Positions 21,001 through 33,861 are shown, counted from the first letter of the whole stretch. The stretch: DNA of 63,845 nucleotides, filler included, from Collodictyon triciliatum (GCA_043381765.1; 7 parts of 7 records of this genome joined end to end with filler, not necessarily neighbours in it); one strand, 5' to 3'. Notes: generated by a model not told the origin, from the letters alone. Numbers and translations: made by a program.

Positions 21001-24000
21001 AAGTACCTTGTGGACATTCAATGCATGATGAGTTTCCATATGAGCCAAAGTTTAAATTGAATGTGCCTTTTGGACAAGCATAGCATGATTGTGAATCTTT
21101 TGTGATTCCTTCTTTTTGATAGAATCCTGATAAGCATAGACTGCATGATGCGCTCCCGGCTGAGCTGTAACTTCCATTTGGACATGAAATGCATGATAAT
21201 TCATCAAATGAGCCCGTTTTGTTGTTGAATGTCCCAGCTGGACATGATGTGCATGATGCTTGACCATATCTGTCATTCCAAGTACCTTGTGAACATTTAA
21301 TACATGATTTGTTTCCATATGAGCCGGATATTGAGTTGAATGTGCCTTCTGGACAAGCATAGCATGATTGTGAATCTTTTGTGACACCTTCTTTTTGATA
21401 GAATCCTGATAAACATAAGCTGCATGATGCGCTTCTTTCTGGGCTGTAACTTCCATTTGTACATGGAATGCATGATGATTGATTGAATGAGCCGGTTTTG
21501 TTATTGAATGTCCCAGCTGGACATGATGTGCATGATGCTTGACCCTCTCTATCACTCCAAGTACCTTGTGGACATTCGATGCATGATAAATTGCCATATG
21601 AGCCGGAGTTTGAGTTGAATGTGCCTTTTGGACAAGCGTGGCATGATTTAGAGTCTTTTGTGATTCCTTCTTTTTGGTATAATCCTGATAAGCATAGACT
21701 GCATGATGAGCTTCTCTCGGAGCTGTAGCTTCCATTTGGACATGAAATGCATGATGATGGTTTGAACGAGCCAGTTTTATTGTTGAATGTCCCAGCTGGA
21801 CACGATGTGCATGATGCCTGACCATCTCTATCATTCCAAGTACCTTGTGGACATTCAATGCATGATAAATTGCCATATGAGCCGGAGTTTGAGTTGAATG
21901 TGCCTTTTGGACAAGCATTGCATGATTTCGAGTCTTTTATGATTCCATCTTTTTGATAGAATCCTGATAAGCATAAGCTACATGATGCGCTTCTCTCGGA
22001 GCTGTAGCTTCCATTTGGACATGAAATGCATGATGATGGTTTGAACGAGCCAGTTTTATTGTTGAATGTCCCAGCTGGACATGATGTGCATGATGCTTGA
22101 CCGTCTTTATCGTTCCAAGTACCTTGTGGACATTCAATGCATGATGAATTGCCATATGAACCAGAGTTTGAGTTGAATGTACTTTTGGGACATGCATAGC
22201 ATGATTTTGAGTCTTTTGTGATTCCTTCTTTTTGGTATAATCCTGATAAACATAAGCTGCATGATGCACTTCTTTCTGAGCTGTAGCTTCCGTTTGGACA
22301 TGAAATGCATGACGATTGATTAAATGAACCCGTTTTATTGTTGAATGTCCCAGCTGGACACGATGTGCATGATGCCTGACCATCTCTATCATTCCAAGTG
22401 CCTTGTGGACACTCAATACATGATTTATTTCCATATGAGCCAGAGTTTGAGTTGAATGTGCCTTTTGGACAAGCGTGGCATGATTTGGAGTCTTTTGTGA
22501 TGTCTTCTTTTTGATAGAATCCTGATAAGCATAAGCTGCATGATGAGCTTCTATCTGAGCTGTAGCTTCCATTTGGACATGAAATGCATGATGATGGTTT
22601 GAACGAGCCAGTTTTGTTATTGAATGTCCCATCTGGACATGATGTGCATGATGCTTGACCATCTCTATCATTCCAAGTACCTTGTGGACATTCAGTACAT
22701 GATTTGTTTCCATATGAGCCGGAGTTTGAGTTGAATGTACTTTTGGGACATGCATAGCATGATTTTGAGTCTTTTCTGATTCCTTCTTTTTGATAAAATC
22801 CTGATGAGCATAAACTGCATGATGAGCTCCCGGCTGAGCTGTAACTTCCATTTGGACATGAAATACATGATGATGCATTAAATGAGCCAGTTTTATTGTT
22901 GAATGTCCCAGCTGGACATGATGTGCATGATGCTTGACCTTCTCTATCACTCCAAGTACCTTGTGGACATTCGGTGCATGATGCATTGCCATATGAGCCA
23001 GATATTGAGTTGTACGTGCCTTTTGGACAATTATGACATGATTTTGAGTCTTTTCTGATTCCTTCTTTTTGATAAAATCCTGATGAGCATAAACTGCATG
23101 CTGAGCTTCTCTCTGAGCTGTAGCTACCGTTTGGACATGAAATACATGATGATTGATTGAATGAGCCGGTTTTATTGTTGAATGTCCCAGCTGGACATGA
23201 TGTGCACGATGTTTGACCGTCTTTATCGTTCCAAGTACCTTGTGGACATTCAATGCATGATTTGTTTCCATATGAGCCAGAGTTTGAGTTGAATGTGCCT
23301 TTTGGACAAGCATAGCATGATTTTGAGTCTTTTCTGATTCCTTCTTTTTGATAAAATCCTGATGAGCATAGACTGCATGATGAGCTTCTTTCTGGGCTGT
23401 AGCTCCCATTTAGACATGAAATGCATGATGATTGATTGGATGAGCCAGTTTTGTCGTTGAATGTACCAGCTGGACATGATGTGCATGATGCTTGGCCATC
23501 TCTATCATTCCAAGTACCTTGCGGACATTCAATGCATGATGTGTTTCCATATGACCCGGAATTCGAGTTGAATGTGCCTTTTGGACAAGAGTAGCATGAT
23601 TGTTCGTCTTTTAATATTTCATGTCCCTGATAAAACCCGGGAATGCATAAAGAACATGATGCGCTTCTCTCTGCACTGTAGCTTCCATCTGGACATGAAA
23701 TACATGATGATTGGTTATATGAGCCAGTTTTGTCGTTGAATGTACCAACTGGACAGTTAAGACATTCTGTGGCAAGGATTTCCCCGTATGTTCCCTTAGG
23801 ACATGCAATGCATGAGGTATTTTTAATGCCACCAAAATTGGGGTTATATGAACCTAAAGAACAAGCAGTGCATTTCATCTGATTCTTATAATTGTTGAAC
23901 GAGCCTGGAGGACATGGAGTGCATAGTGACTCCCCGGGAGACGATGAATAAGTACCCTCAGGACAAGCTAAACACTCATTGAAATTTACAGATGCTATTT

Positions 24001-26340
24001 TGGAATTAAATGTACCAGCAGGACATGAATCACACTGAATTGTCCTTGTTCTGTTACTATAATATCCTAAATTGCATGGGAAACATTGTTTTTCTCCATT
24101 TTTATCGGTATAAAATCCTTTAGGACATTCGATACATTGATTTTGACCAACGGCGCCATTGAATGTACCCGCCGGGCATTCTGTACAGTTAGAGCTTTTC
24201 GTAGATGGATTGAATGTTCCAGCTGGACAACCTGTGCAAACATTTGCTCCTGAATGACTATAAAACCCAGCCAAGCAATTATAGCACGTTGTCTGCCTTT
24301 TAAAGTTATTGAAAGTACCAGGTTCACATTTCATGCATATCCCTTGACCGATTACAGCGTTATATGTTCCTTCTTCACAAGATATACATTCATCTATACT
24401 GATAGAACCTGGTTTTGGATTGTATGTTCCAACAGGACATGAAACGCATGTATATTGATCGTAAGCGCTGTTGTATGTGCCTGGGGGACAAAGTTGACAT
24501 GATTTCGAAGTTGTGTTAAAGAAATACCCAACTATGCACAGTTGATAAACTAACCATACTTTAAGGCTAGAATCTGCACTTCCAGAAATTATTCTAGAAC
24601 TATCTGGTGTTATAGTTATTGCTGTAACGCTTTCGCTATGACCTATGATGTTACGAATAAAGGATCCATCAGAAAGATTCCATATTTTGATGATTCTGTC
24701 GCTGCTTCCAGATACAATCTTCGACCCATCAGGTGTAATTGAAACGCTATTAATCCTGCCTGAATGTTGTGTAAGTGTCACTATCAGATGCCCATTAATT
24801 AAGTCCCATACTCTAACAGTATTATCCCCAGCACCAGATACTATTTTCGACCCATCAGGAGATACAGATACTGTTAACACGGTGCTTGTGTGTCCTACAT
24901 ATGATTTTTGCAGTGTTCCATCAGATATTCTCCATAGTTCCACGTTTTTATTACTCCCACCGGATATAACCTTTGAACCATCAGGTGTTACAACAACTGA
25001 GTATGAAGGACTTCTTCCGTGAACAATAAATGACCGAATAAGAGTTCCATATGATAAGTCCCATATGAATAAAACCTTTTCAGCCCCTCCGACAATAATT
25101 TTAGAGCTATCAGGAGTTACTGCCAAGGTATAGATCCACCCATTTCCAGAAATACGTCGTATTTGTGTACCCATCCTTATGTCCCATATAATCACAATTC
25201 CATCTCCACTTCCTGACACGACATATAATCCATCAGGTGTCACTGTTGCTCTTACACCGAAGCCGGAATGTCCGACTAATGAACGGATGAAGTTTCCATT
25301 TGAAATATTGTAGATGGGTACTTGAAATCCGTAGTCACCAACAATTATTTTAGATGAATCCACAGATACTGTTACGGTATTAGGGCTCTTTACAACGCTT
25401 GGTATCGTCATAATCAAACTTGTACTATACTCCCACACTTTAATAGTCATGTCTGAGCTACCTGAGATAAACTTAAGTCCATCAAAGCTAGTTGTGAGAC
25501 TATTAATCCATCCATTATGTCCAGTAATCGATGATATCAATATCCCGTTTGAAATATCCCAAACTTTAATAGTCTTGTCAGCACTACCAGAAAAGACTCT
25601 CACATCTCCAGGGGATATAAATACACTTATCACCACATCATTGTGTCCCAATATTGTCAAGGTTAGGCTCCAATTAGAGACACTCCAAACTTTTATTGTT
25701 TTGTCGTAACTGGAGGAAACTATTTTAGAGCCATCATGAGTAACGTCTAGGGAAGTAACATAGTTCGTGTGTCCCAAGAGAGTTTTTAAATGAGAGCCAT
25801 CGTGTAACCGCCACACTTTAATTGATCTATCATTACTTCCAGATATAGCCAACGAATTATCAGGTGTGACGACGACGGCATTTACAGTACCTGTGTGTGC
25901 AGGTATTGTTCTGAGAATACCTCCATCAACAAAATTCCAAAACCGTACAGTATTATCAGATCCTCCAGAAATAATTTTCATCCCATCTGGAGAGACATCT
26001 ACACAATTTACAGTACTAGTATGTCCGGTCAGTGTTTGTGTCCAAGAGTCATCATGCAAGCTCCAAATTTTAATTGTCTTATCAGAGCTAGCAGATATAA
26101 TCTTAGAATCATCAGGAGAAATAGTAACTTCTTGGATGCTTCCGGAATGGCCCGTCAATGTGCGGCATAAGGTGAAGTTTGAGTAATACCAAACTTTGAT
26201 GGTTCTATCCGTGCTTGCAGACACAAGATACATACCATCTAAGCTGACAACGATACTGTTAATGACATCGCTATGTCCATTTAGGGTATTCGTAAGAATT
26301 TGTGCGTTGAGCTTCGACAGCAGGGATAAAACAAAGGCAC
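18098..26340 (-). CDS. Giant cell-surface protein: 14 WD40 repeats + long CxxC (GCC2/GCC3, ephrin-receptor-like) repeat stalk + multipass TM domain
   Basis: 2711-aa ORF. The frame extends upstream of the listed Met through a first WD repeat (TLNGHSDVINSIVVSLDG) and a hydrophobic stretch (AFVLSLLSKLNAQ) to an AG acceptor at 26341. C-terminal hydrophobic helices carry LxxDxSIDC, GY...WExV...K and QPF motifs. Confidence 0.9.
20090..23760 (-). repeat. Intragenic tandem array of 13 x 279-nt units (93 aa, five CxxC pairs each)
   Basis: The anchor CCAAGTRCCTTG recurs at 20162, 20441, 20720, 20999 ... 23231, 23510, a spacing of 279 nt. Confidence 0.93.
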
Positions 26341-26860
26341 CTATTATAATTAAGTTTTATCTCTAAATTTACTTATGAGCAGTAAACTCAAAATAATTCA
26401 AAACATTCCCTCTTGCAATAAATTTTCTATTTTATTACTTTTTTTTGTCCATATAATTAGATGATATGACCTTGAATGTTTCATTCCAAATAAAAATGTC
26501 GCTAGAATTGGTTTAACTCACTTATTATAACGCTGATCCACTTCACAGAATGGAGCATCATCATAAATTCCTAGAAAATTAGAATAAAACCGCTTTTAGA
26601 GCGATCTTCGGCTGAAAATATACCGCTAAATAGTATAGGTTCGATGAAAATTGGTAAATGGAAAAGACTAGGGGTAATAGCACATATATTATACGAATAA
26701 ATGAGGAGAAAGATTGTCTATCAAAGGGACTAACTTTAAGTTAACTTCACTATATCATCAAATTAAAAGCACCAATTTAAAAGCAATAAAAGCTTCCTTA
26801 TGTTTTTAAGCCATATTATCCCAAAATTACGGGAGAAAGTGACAACACCCCTCCCCAGAA

Positions 26861-26940
26861 CAAAAAGAAAAGAAAAGAAAAGAAAAGAAAAGAAAAGAAA
26901 AGAAAAGAAAAGAAAAGAAAAGAAAAGAAAAGAAAAGAAA
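26861..26940 (+). repeat. (AAAAG)n at contig end
   Basis: Directly visible. Confidence 0.95.
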
Positions 26941-27040
26941 NNNNNNNNNNNNNNNNNNNNNNNNNNNNNNNNNNNNNNNNNNNNTTAATTAATTAANNNN
27001 NNNNNNNNNNNNNNNNNNNNNNNNNNNNNNNNNNNNNNNN
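26941..27040. other. Artificial contig linker
   Basis: N44-TTAATTAATTAA-N44. Confidence 0.97.
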
Positions 27041-27137
27041 TTGTTTTTGTTTTTGTTTTTGTTTTTGTTTTTGTTTTTGTTTTTGTTTTTGTTTTTGTTT
27101 TTGTTTTTGTTTTTGTTTTTGTTTTTGTTTTTGTTTT
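27041..27137 (+). repeat. (GTTTTT)n at contig start
   Basis: Directly visible. Confidence 0.95.
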
Positions 27138-27139
27138 AG

Positions 27140-27345
27140 ACCCTTCAACCAAGCGCCCTGGTTTCTTTTCAAACTCTCCCAGCGACTCGAAGCTGGCCAT
27201 GCGTCATCATCTCCTGAAGCCATCAGAAACTGCGGTGCGGAAATCATCAACGACGACACAGATACGCGCGATAGAAACTTATCGTTATGGCCGTGCCGCA
27301 CTGTCCTCACTTGCCGAAAAACACAAAATCTTACCACGAGCATAA
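27140..27345 (+). CDS. Possible terminal exon of an unidentified gene
   Basis: A T-rich tract plus TAG acceptor is followed by a GC-richer open frame PSTKRPGFF...EKHKILPRA*. No recognisable homology. Confidence 0.35.
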
Positions 27346-27832
27346 GCACCCGCTCCTCAAGTTAAATATCATGTTAACAAAGCTGAGCGCAATTATTTTG
27401 CCTTTATGTTGTGTGCTTGTGTGCAGTATACCGCGGATTACTGATGTTGATATGTAAGTTCCACAAATGAAAAATACTGACGCATCTGTGACGACACCAC
27501 AATTCTGGAGGAAAATCGAGGGTACTTTTGACAGATCAAAGCCAAAAGGAAGGGAGTATCTTTTCGACATAGCAGGCTCGCAATTTCTTCTCGCACAGAG
27601 TCTACCTTCGTGGAGCGTACGCCAGCAACACCACACGCATCCGGTGCCCTATCACGGACCCCAGTCAATCATTTCCACATGATTTTTTTTTTTTTACTAT
27701 TTTTAAGACTAACAAATCTTTTTATATGCCGGTTCTGTAGGTTATGGGCTTCTCTTTTTTTTTCTTTTGGGATTATTAATTACTTTTTCTATCGCCCGCT
27801 CTTTAGGTATTTCCTTAGTTCACCCGTCGCTG

Positions 27833-30206
27833 ATGGAGAGCTCCTCAACTGTTCGAGAGGTGGATGTTGCCATAATAGGAGGTGGAATATCCGGGCTCTG
27901 TGCTGCGCGCGACCTAGTTGCGGGAGGAATTACCAACGTTTTGGGTCGCTCTGTCTTTGAATTATTCTTCTCTCTCATCCACAAAGAAACTGGTCTTCCT
28001 AATCATACACCATATCACAATACCGAAGCGGCCACCTCGACTGATTTTCTTCTATGAAATTGAATAGTTTTTGAGGCCCGAGATCGTGTTGGCGGAAGAA
28101 CATATTCCACACAAGTTGGCAAGGTACAAGTCATACATGCACCATTCTATGATTTCACTCTGGGTGGTTTCCTCACTCACTTACAGGAACTCGACCTTAT
28201 TCAAGGCTGTTGTCGATCTTGGAGGGCAATGGCTTGGTGTTGGCCAAAGTAGGATGCTGGAGCTGGCGAAGGAGTTTGGTATTGAACTTCACCAACAGTA
28301 TGAGACTGGAAGGAAGGTTCTTATCATACTCTGCATTTTTTATGTTGAATATCCTGTATTGATATTGACTTTGAAATCGAACACCTTCCTGCTTTCCATG
28401 ACACAATGAACTCTGCTTCTTTTTTCTGTATTTATTTTCTGTATTTTTCACCAGAACGTCTTTGATACGTCTAGTATGCTTGATTCATCCGATAAATCTC
28501 TTTGCCCAGATAATTGATTTCGATGGGCGCATGTCTTCTTATGATTCGAACATCCCTAGCATGGGTGTGTTCAATCTAATTGACGTCCAATTGATGATTC
28601 AAAAGGTTTTCATTTTTTTTTAATAAAAAACAAAAACAAAAAAAAACATCTTTAGATGGACTACGTATCTTCAAGTCATATTTTTAGCTCAGAAAAAAGG
28701 AGCATAAATGGACATTTAGGACATTATGTATGGCTCTTGATTTACCTATAGAGTAAAATTTTAGGTCGAAAGCATGGCGCAAACAGTACCGAAAGACAAT
28801 CCTATGGGAGCGCCAAATGCAAAGGTTTTGATATTTTATCTTTTAACAAAATTCAGACTTTTTCAAAAAAGAACTCAAAAAGGAATGTAAATCAACTATT
28901 CTATAACTTTAGGAGCTTGATTCAACAAGTGTTGAGACATTTCTCAATCAGTGTTGGACAAATGGTGCCAAGTTGTTATGCAGAGGTTCTTTTTTAAAAA
29001 ATTTTTGTGTATTTTTATTTTTATTTATTTTCGCCTGTACAGCCATACATTTGCTGCATTTGAGATTAATCAAGTTATTCTTCACAGCTGCCGTTCAGGC
29101 TGTTTTCGGGACTGAGCCAAGGGATATAAGCGCACTTTATTTCTTATGGTACATTTCCTGCTCTGGCACGTTCGAGTCCTTGATTACTATCCGAAACGGG
29201 CACCAACAGTGGTAGGTCTTCTAATGATGGATATCGGGGTTCTTTTTTCTTTTTTAATATATGAGTAATTGAATATATAACAATTTTTAAGTGAAAATTT
29301 TACATATGGAGGACTTAATCGCACCGATTCTGGCACCTCATAAATAGCCCACTGATGAGTTTAACACACAGGACGATGAAAGGAGGCGCACAACAAATAT
29401 CCCAGAAACTTGCAGAGTGTGTTGGCAAAGAGCGTGTCCTTTTTTCTCACGAGCTGGAGCGGGTGGATTTGCAAGAATCTGGGGTTGGAGCTCTATTGAA
29501 ATTCTCAAACGGAGTTGTTGTGAACGCAAAGAGAGTTGTGTTTGGTATTGGACCTGCCATTCTGTCGCGTATCCAACGCGGTCCCAAGGTTTTTTCTGTG
29601 GCCAAAGAGCAACTGCAGCAACGCAAGTTCATGGGCTCCATCATCAAAACTCTGGCAATATATGACAAACCCTACTGGCGCGAAAAAGGTTTCTCTGGTG
29701 AGGTAGTTGGTGACGCGTGTGCAACCAGCGGGCCAGGGTTTAATGCTTTTGATGATAGCTTACCCATTCTGGTAGGTAATACCGAGGGACAATCGGCATT
29801 AGCAAACAGTTTCTCGTCTAGCGAACTGCAGCCTGCTATTGTCGTCTTCATTAATGGTCAAGTTGCCCGTGAGTCAAGCGACTTACAAACATTCGAAGAT
29901 CGACGAGCTGCGATTATCAAGCAGTTGGTTCGCTGGTTTGGACCCGAAATGAATAATCCTGTAACTTATGTTGAACAAGATTGGGTCCGCGACCCATATG
30001 CACGAGGCTGTCCGGTAGGATGCTGGCCAACAGGTTTGCTGGCGGCTCATGGGTACGCCCTGAGAAAGCCCGAGAGATTTTTCCATTACGCTGGAACTGA
30101 AACAGCGACAGCTTACCAAGGCTTCATGGAGGGTGCTGTCGAGGCAGGACGCCGTGCAGCCAAAGAGATATTGGACATGAAATTCGATCTCTCGAAATCA
30201 CTATAG
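27833..30206 (+). CDS. Flavin-containing monoamine oxidase family protein (8 exons)
   Basis: DVAIIGGGISGL FAD fold, FEARDRVGGRT, VDLGGQWLG, EPRDISALYFLWYI, MKGGAQQIS, MGSIIK, and YAGTETAT...GFMEGAVEAGRRAA. Confidence 0.95.
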
Positions 30207-31091
30207 TATGAAAAGCAAAGAATTATCATTGCCGGCAACAATGGCCAAAATACGCACGAGAATACAAGCAATCACGTCCATTTGAGAGAATTGCCCAAAG
30301 CCGTCGTCTTGTTTCTCAAAAGGAGGATTCAGACGAGCCCAGTTAATAATAAAAAAAAAATCACAAAAAGGAACATAGGCACTGATAGTTGGTTGTCATT
30401 TATGCCGGAGTCTTGATTGCTTGCCGGTTCGATGCGACGCGTCTTCGCTCGACACATACGCGCTGAGAATCCTGAAGCCGGAAAAGCCTGACAACACCAC
30501 AGATTCAAGCTCCTTAGCGCCCTTGTCTTTTAATCGCCATATATGCTTTCCACATATAGAAGCACTAAGTGAAAATGCGTTTTCACAATGCATTTTGATT
30601 GGGCATAGGCAACCTGCCACCATAGCAAAGTGCCACTTGAAACACGCCCAATCCCGACAGAACTGGGTCATGGATGTGTGAGTCAGGCAACTTGTTTGCC
30701 ACAGGAGAAGACTCGCCTCCGCCGCTTTGACAGATATCTTCTTTTTTTTCTTTCTCCTCCTCTGTGTAGCTTGAACACCTTTTTTTTTTTCGCAACTGCA
30801 CTTGGGTACAACCTTGACTAGTTGCCGCCTTACCGCCTCAAGTTTTGCCAAGCAACTCTTCAAGACTCCAAAGAAATAAAAGAAAAAAAAGGGAGGAAAT
30901 AAATACCAAGGAGGCGAACAAAGCTGTTCTTAGGAGAGTGAGGTGCTCCTGTGCTGCTCTTTGGCTGCACACGCCGGCAAAATATCGAAATAATGAACAA
31001 GACCAAAGGTTATTTTCGTGATGGTGTCGCTCAGACTGACTCTATTGTTATTGCTAGGGTTCCTTGAAAGAACGCTTATCACTAGCATCAA

Positions 31092-31192
31092 ATGGCGTAA
31101 GTTGCCAGCGCTTTAGAAGCTTTTGCACAATGTGTCCATCCTCTTTTTCTTTTCACTTTGAACCGATTAAAATGATCATGGCTTTACCTTTT

Positions 31193-31288
<96 letters not shown>

Positions 31289-33861
31289 TTTCTTTCTTTC
31301 TTTCTTTTTCTTTCTTTCTTTTTCTTTCTTTCTTTTTCTTTCTTTCTTTTTCTTTCTTTCTTTCTTTTTCTTCTTCTTTCATCAATCATTCAGAGAGGCG
31401 AGCATCTCGAGCGCAAACATCCAACCAAACTTGTTCGATGGGAAGCAGTGGGTTCCAAAGTCTCCCAGCTTCATTCGCGTTGATCTGTACCACAGTAGCG
31501 CAGCCAACACGTATCGCTACATCGGTTATTCTGGTTCCACGGTATTTTTCTTAGCTTCGATTCTTTTTGAACCAGAGACACCAAAGCTCGCTTCAGGAGC
31601 AGCAGTTTCCTTGCCTCACCTCCCCTTCTCTTTTTTTCTTTTCTCTTATGTGTCTTATTTGTTACATATTGTAGCGGAATATAACAGACATGTCCGCCTA
31701 AAATAATTAAAATCTAAGAAGACGATAGAAGCTCGTTCAAACGTATCATATTGTCGTCTACTTACTACTTCATTTAAAGCTCGTTTTGAACTTGAGTGTC
31801 ACAAAAGAGACTGTTTACAGCATTACGCCGGGGTGGCACACGCACCAGGTTTGTCTCCATCACACTAAGTCCTTTTGGATGGATGATAAGACTGCAAGTT
31901 TAATATATTTAAGAGAAAATAGAACTCGCTGGAAGGACTTTATTTAATTCTGAACCTTACATGTTGTTTCTTGTATCTTGTATTGCGTATGATTGCCTCT
32001 TTTCTTTCTTCCTCCTTTTCATCCGTTCTCCCAAGGACGCTCAAGGTAGCTGGGGCTTCAGATTCAATACACCCGAGGAAGGAAATAGCTTTGGGCATTC
32101 AGTCACCGCAGCCATCGGCAAGCTGAAAGGAGGAGCCCCGCCACCGCCTCCTGCTGGACGTATAATATGATTTATAAAATTGGCTCCTGTGACGACTCCA
32201 TTTACTCACATATAACTTACTTACCTATATGGCAATCCTGTTGATCCAAAATGACGTACCTTTCGTTGTAATTAATGTATTTTCTCTCCACGGGATGATT
32301 CCTCACCACCAAGCCCCCAAGCCTCCAACTGCCCCGCCAGTGGTACTCCGTTTTACCTTGGAAATTCATTACTTGTTTAATCCCAAAATAGTACATATTT
32401 ATGCCTGAAATTACGGATTAACCAAAGTTCATTCCATCACTTGATATCACCATCACCTCTCTTTGGGAAAAAAAGCCACCATCGGGGCCACCCAAGGTTG
32501 ATAATTAGACTCTTAATTATTCATATGCTTACAATTTTTATCGTAAGTAGTTTTAAGCAGTCCTTTTTTTTCTTGGAATAATATTGACTATTTATCCATT
32601 AACCCTTTTCCTAACGCAGCCTCCTAACGCCCCTCCAGCCCCAGCTGTGAAACCAGCGGCCCCAGTGGTAACAAACCTGATCACTTATAGTCTTTTTGAT
32701 TTGTTTATTATGTTCTATAGCTTTTAGGCCAACCAGAAAATAAATAAAATCGAAAATGTGTATTTTCTGCGAGTCTCGTCCATTTATGCCCTCAAATAAT
32801 AAACCATTTGCAGTCAAGTGGTGATGGCGATGAAGGAGAAGAGCGAAACGCATTGTTAGCTGCAATTAGGAAGGGAGCCAGCTTGAAGAAGGTTCACTTT
32901 TCGTATCCCTTTGAACTTTGTCTGATATCACCCTTTAAAAATTTGAAGCTTTCTTGCTGAAGTTGTGATTCCATGTAGGTAGCAAATCCCGACGAAGTTC
33001 GTGAAGCAGCCGCTCCTACTGGGCGTGTAGTGGACGGGAACGCAAAGCCAGCTGGCGGAGCCCCTCCTCCTGCCCGACCTGCTGCAGCAAAGCCTATGGA
33101 CATGGGGTCTGAGCTAGCCATGAAGCTAAAAGCGCGTTCTCAGGTATATAGCTATCCTCTTTTCAGCACTACATTTACCTAGTCCCAAACGACATCATGG
33201 ATCTTCTAAATTCAGATTCTGGTCACATCATCTTCACAAATATGTATTCATATCCTCAGAATGGTCATGTGAACAATCTATTTATATGTTTAGGGTGGCG
33301 GTGGACCAGCCCAGGTTTGTGGGATGACATAATCACTTTATTATTCCGCACCCATCTTACTTGCCTTGTTTTTTGTGACGAGTTTTTTGTCCCAATAACC
33401 AGGGTGCCTCAGCTCCCCCTTCAGCTCCCCCCTCAGCTCCTCCGTCTGGCCCACCTAAGGTTCCCCCAGCAGCTCCTCCGTCTGCTCCTCCATCTGCTCC
33501 CCCCTCAGCTCCTCCGTCTGGCCCTCCTAAGGTTCCCCCAGCAGCTCCTCCGTCTGGCCCGCCTCGTCCACCTACAAGCGGCCCGCCTGCTGCTCCTCCT
33601 TCAGCTCCTCCATCTGCCCCGCCTGCTGCTCCTCCCTCTGCTCCTCCTTCTGCTCCTCCTTCTGCTCCTCCTTCTGCTCCTCCCTCCGCTCCTGGTTCTT
33701 CTGGCAGCATGCGAGCAAACCGTCCACCTGGTGAGGCGCAGATTCCTGACTACAACGCTCTCCGCCAAGAATTGGATGCATTTAAGGCTGAAGTCTTGCA
33801 GCTTGTCAAGGACGAGATGCAAGCTCTCCGCAGCGAAATCGCCCGTCTTTCTGGGAAATAA
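31092..33861 (+). CDS. VASP: Ena/VASP-family actin regulator: EVH1 - polyproline - WH2 - FAB-like - proline repeats - C-terminal coiled coil
   Basis: Spliced EVH1 (LFDGKQWVP...IRVDLYHSSAANTYRYIG...LVLNLSV...TPGWHTHQDAQGSWGFRF), WH2 RNALLAAIRKGASLKKV, MGSELAMKLKAR, PPSA repeats, and LDAFKAEVLQLVKDEMQALRSEI*. Confidence 0.88.
31188..31380 (+). repeat. (TTTC)n microsatellite in the first VASP intron
   Basis: Directly visible. Confidence 0.95.

Noticed and set aside
20263-23409. His-rich ORFs (HHAHHVQ repeats) of 261-490 aa
   Set aside because: Alternative-frame shadows of the 279-nt Cys-rich repeat, broken by stops.
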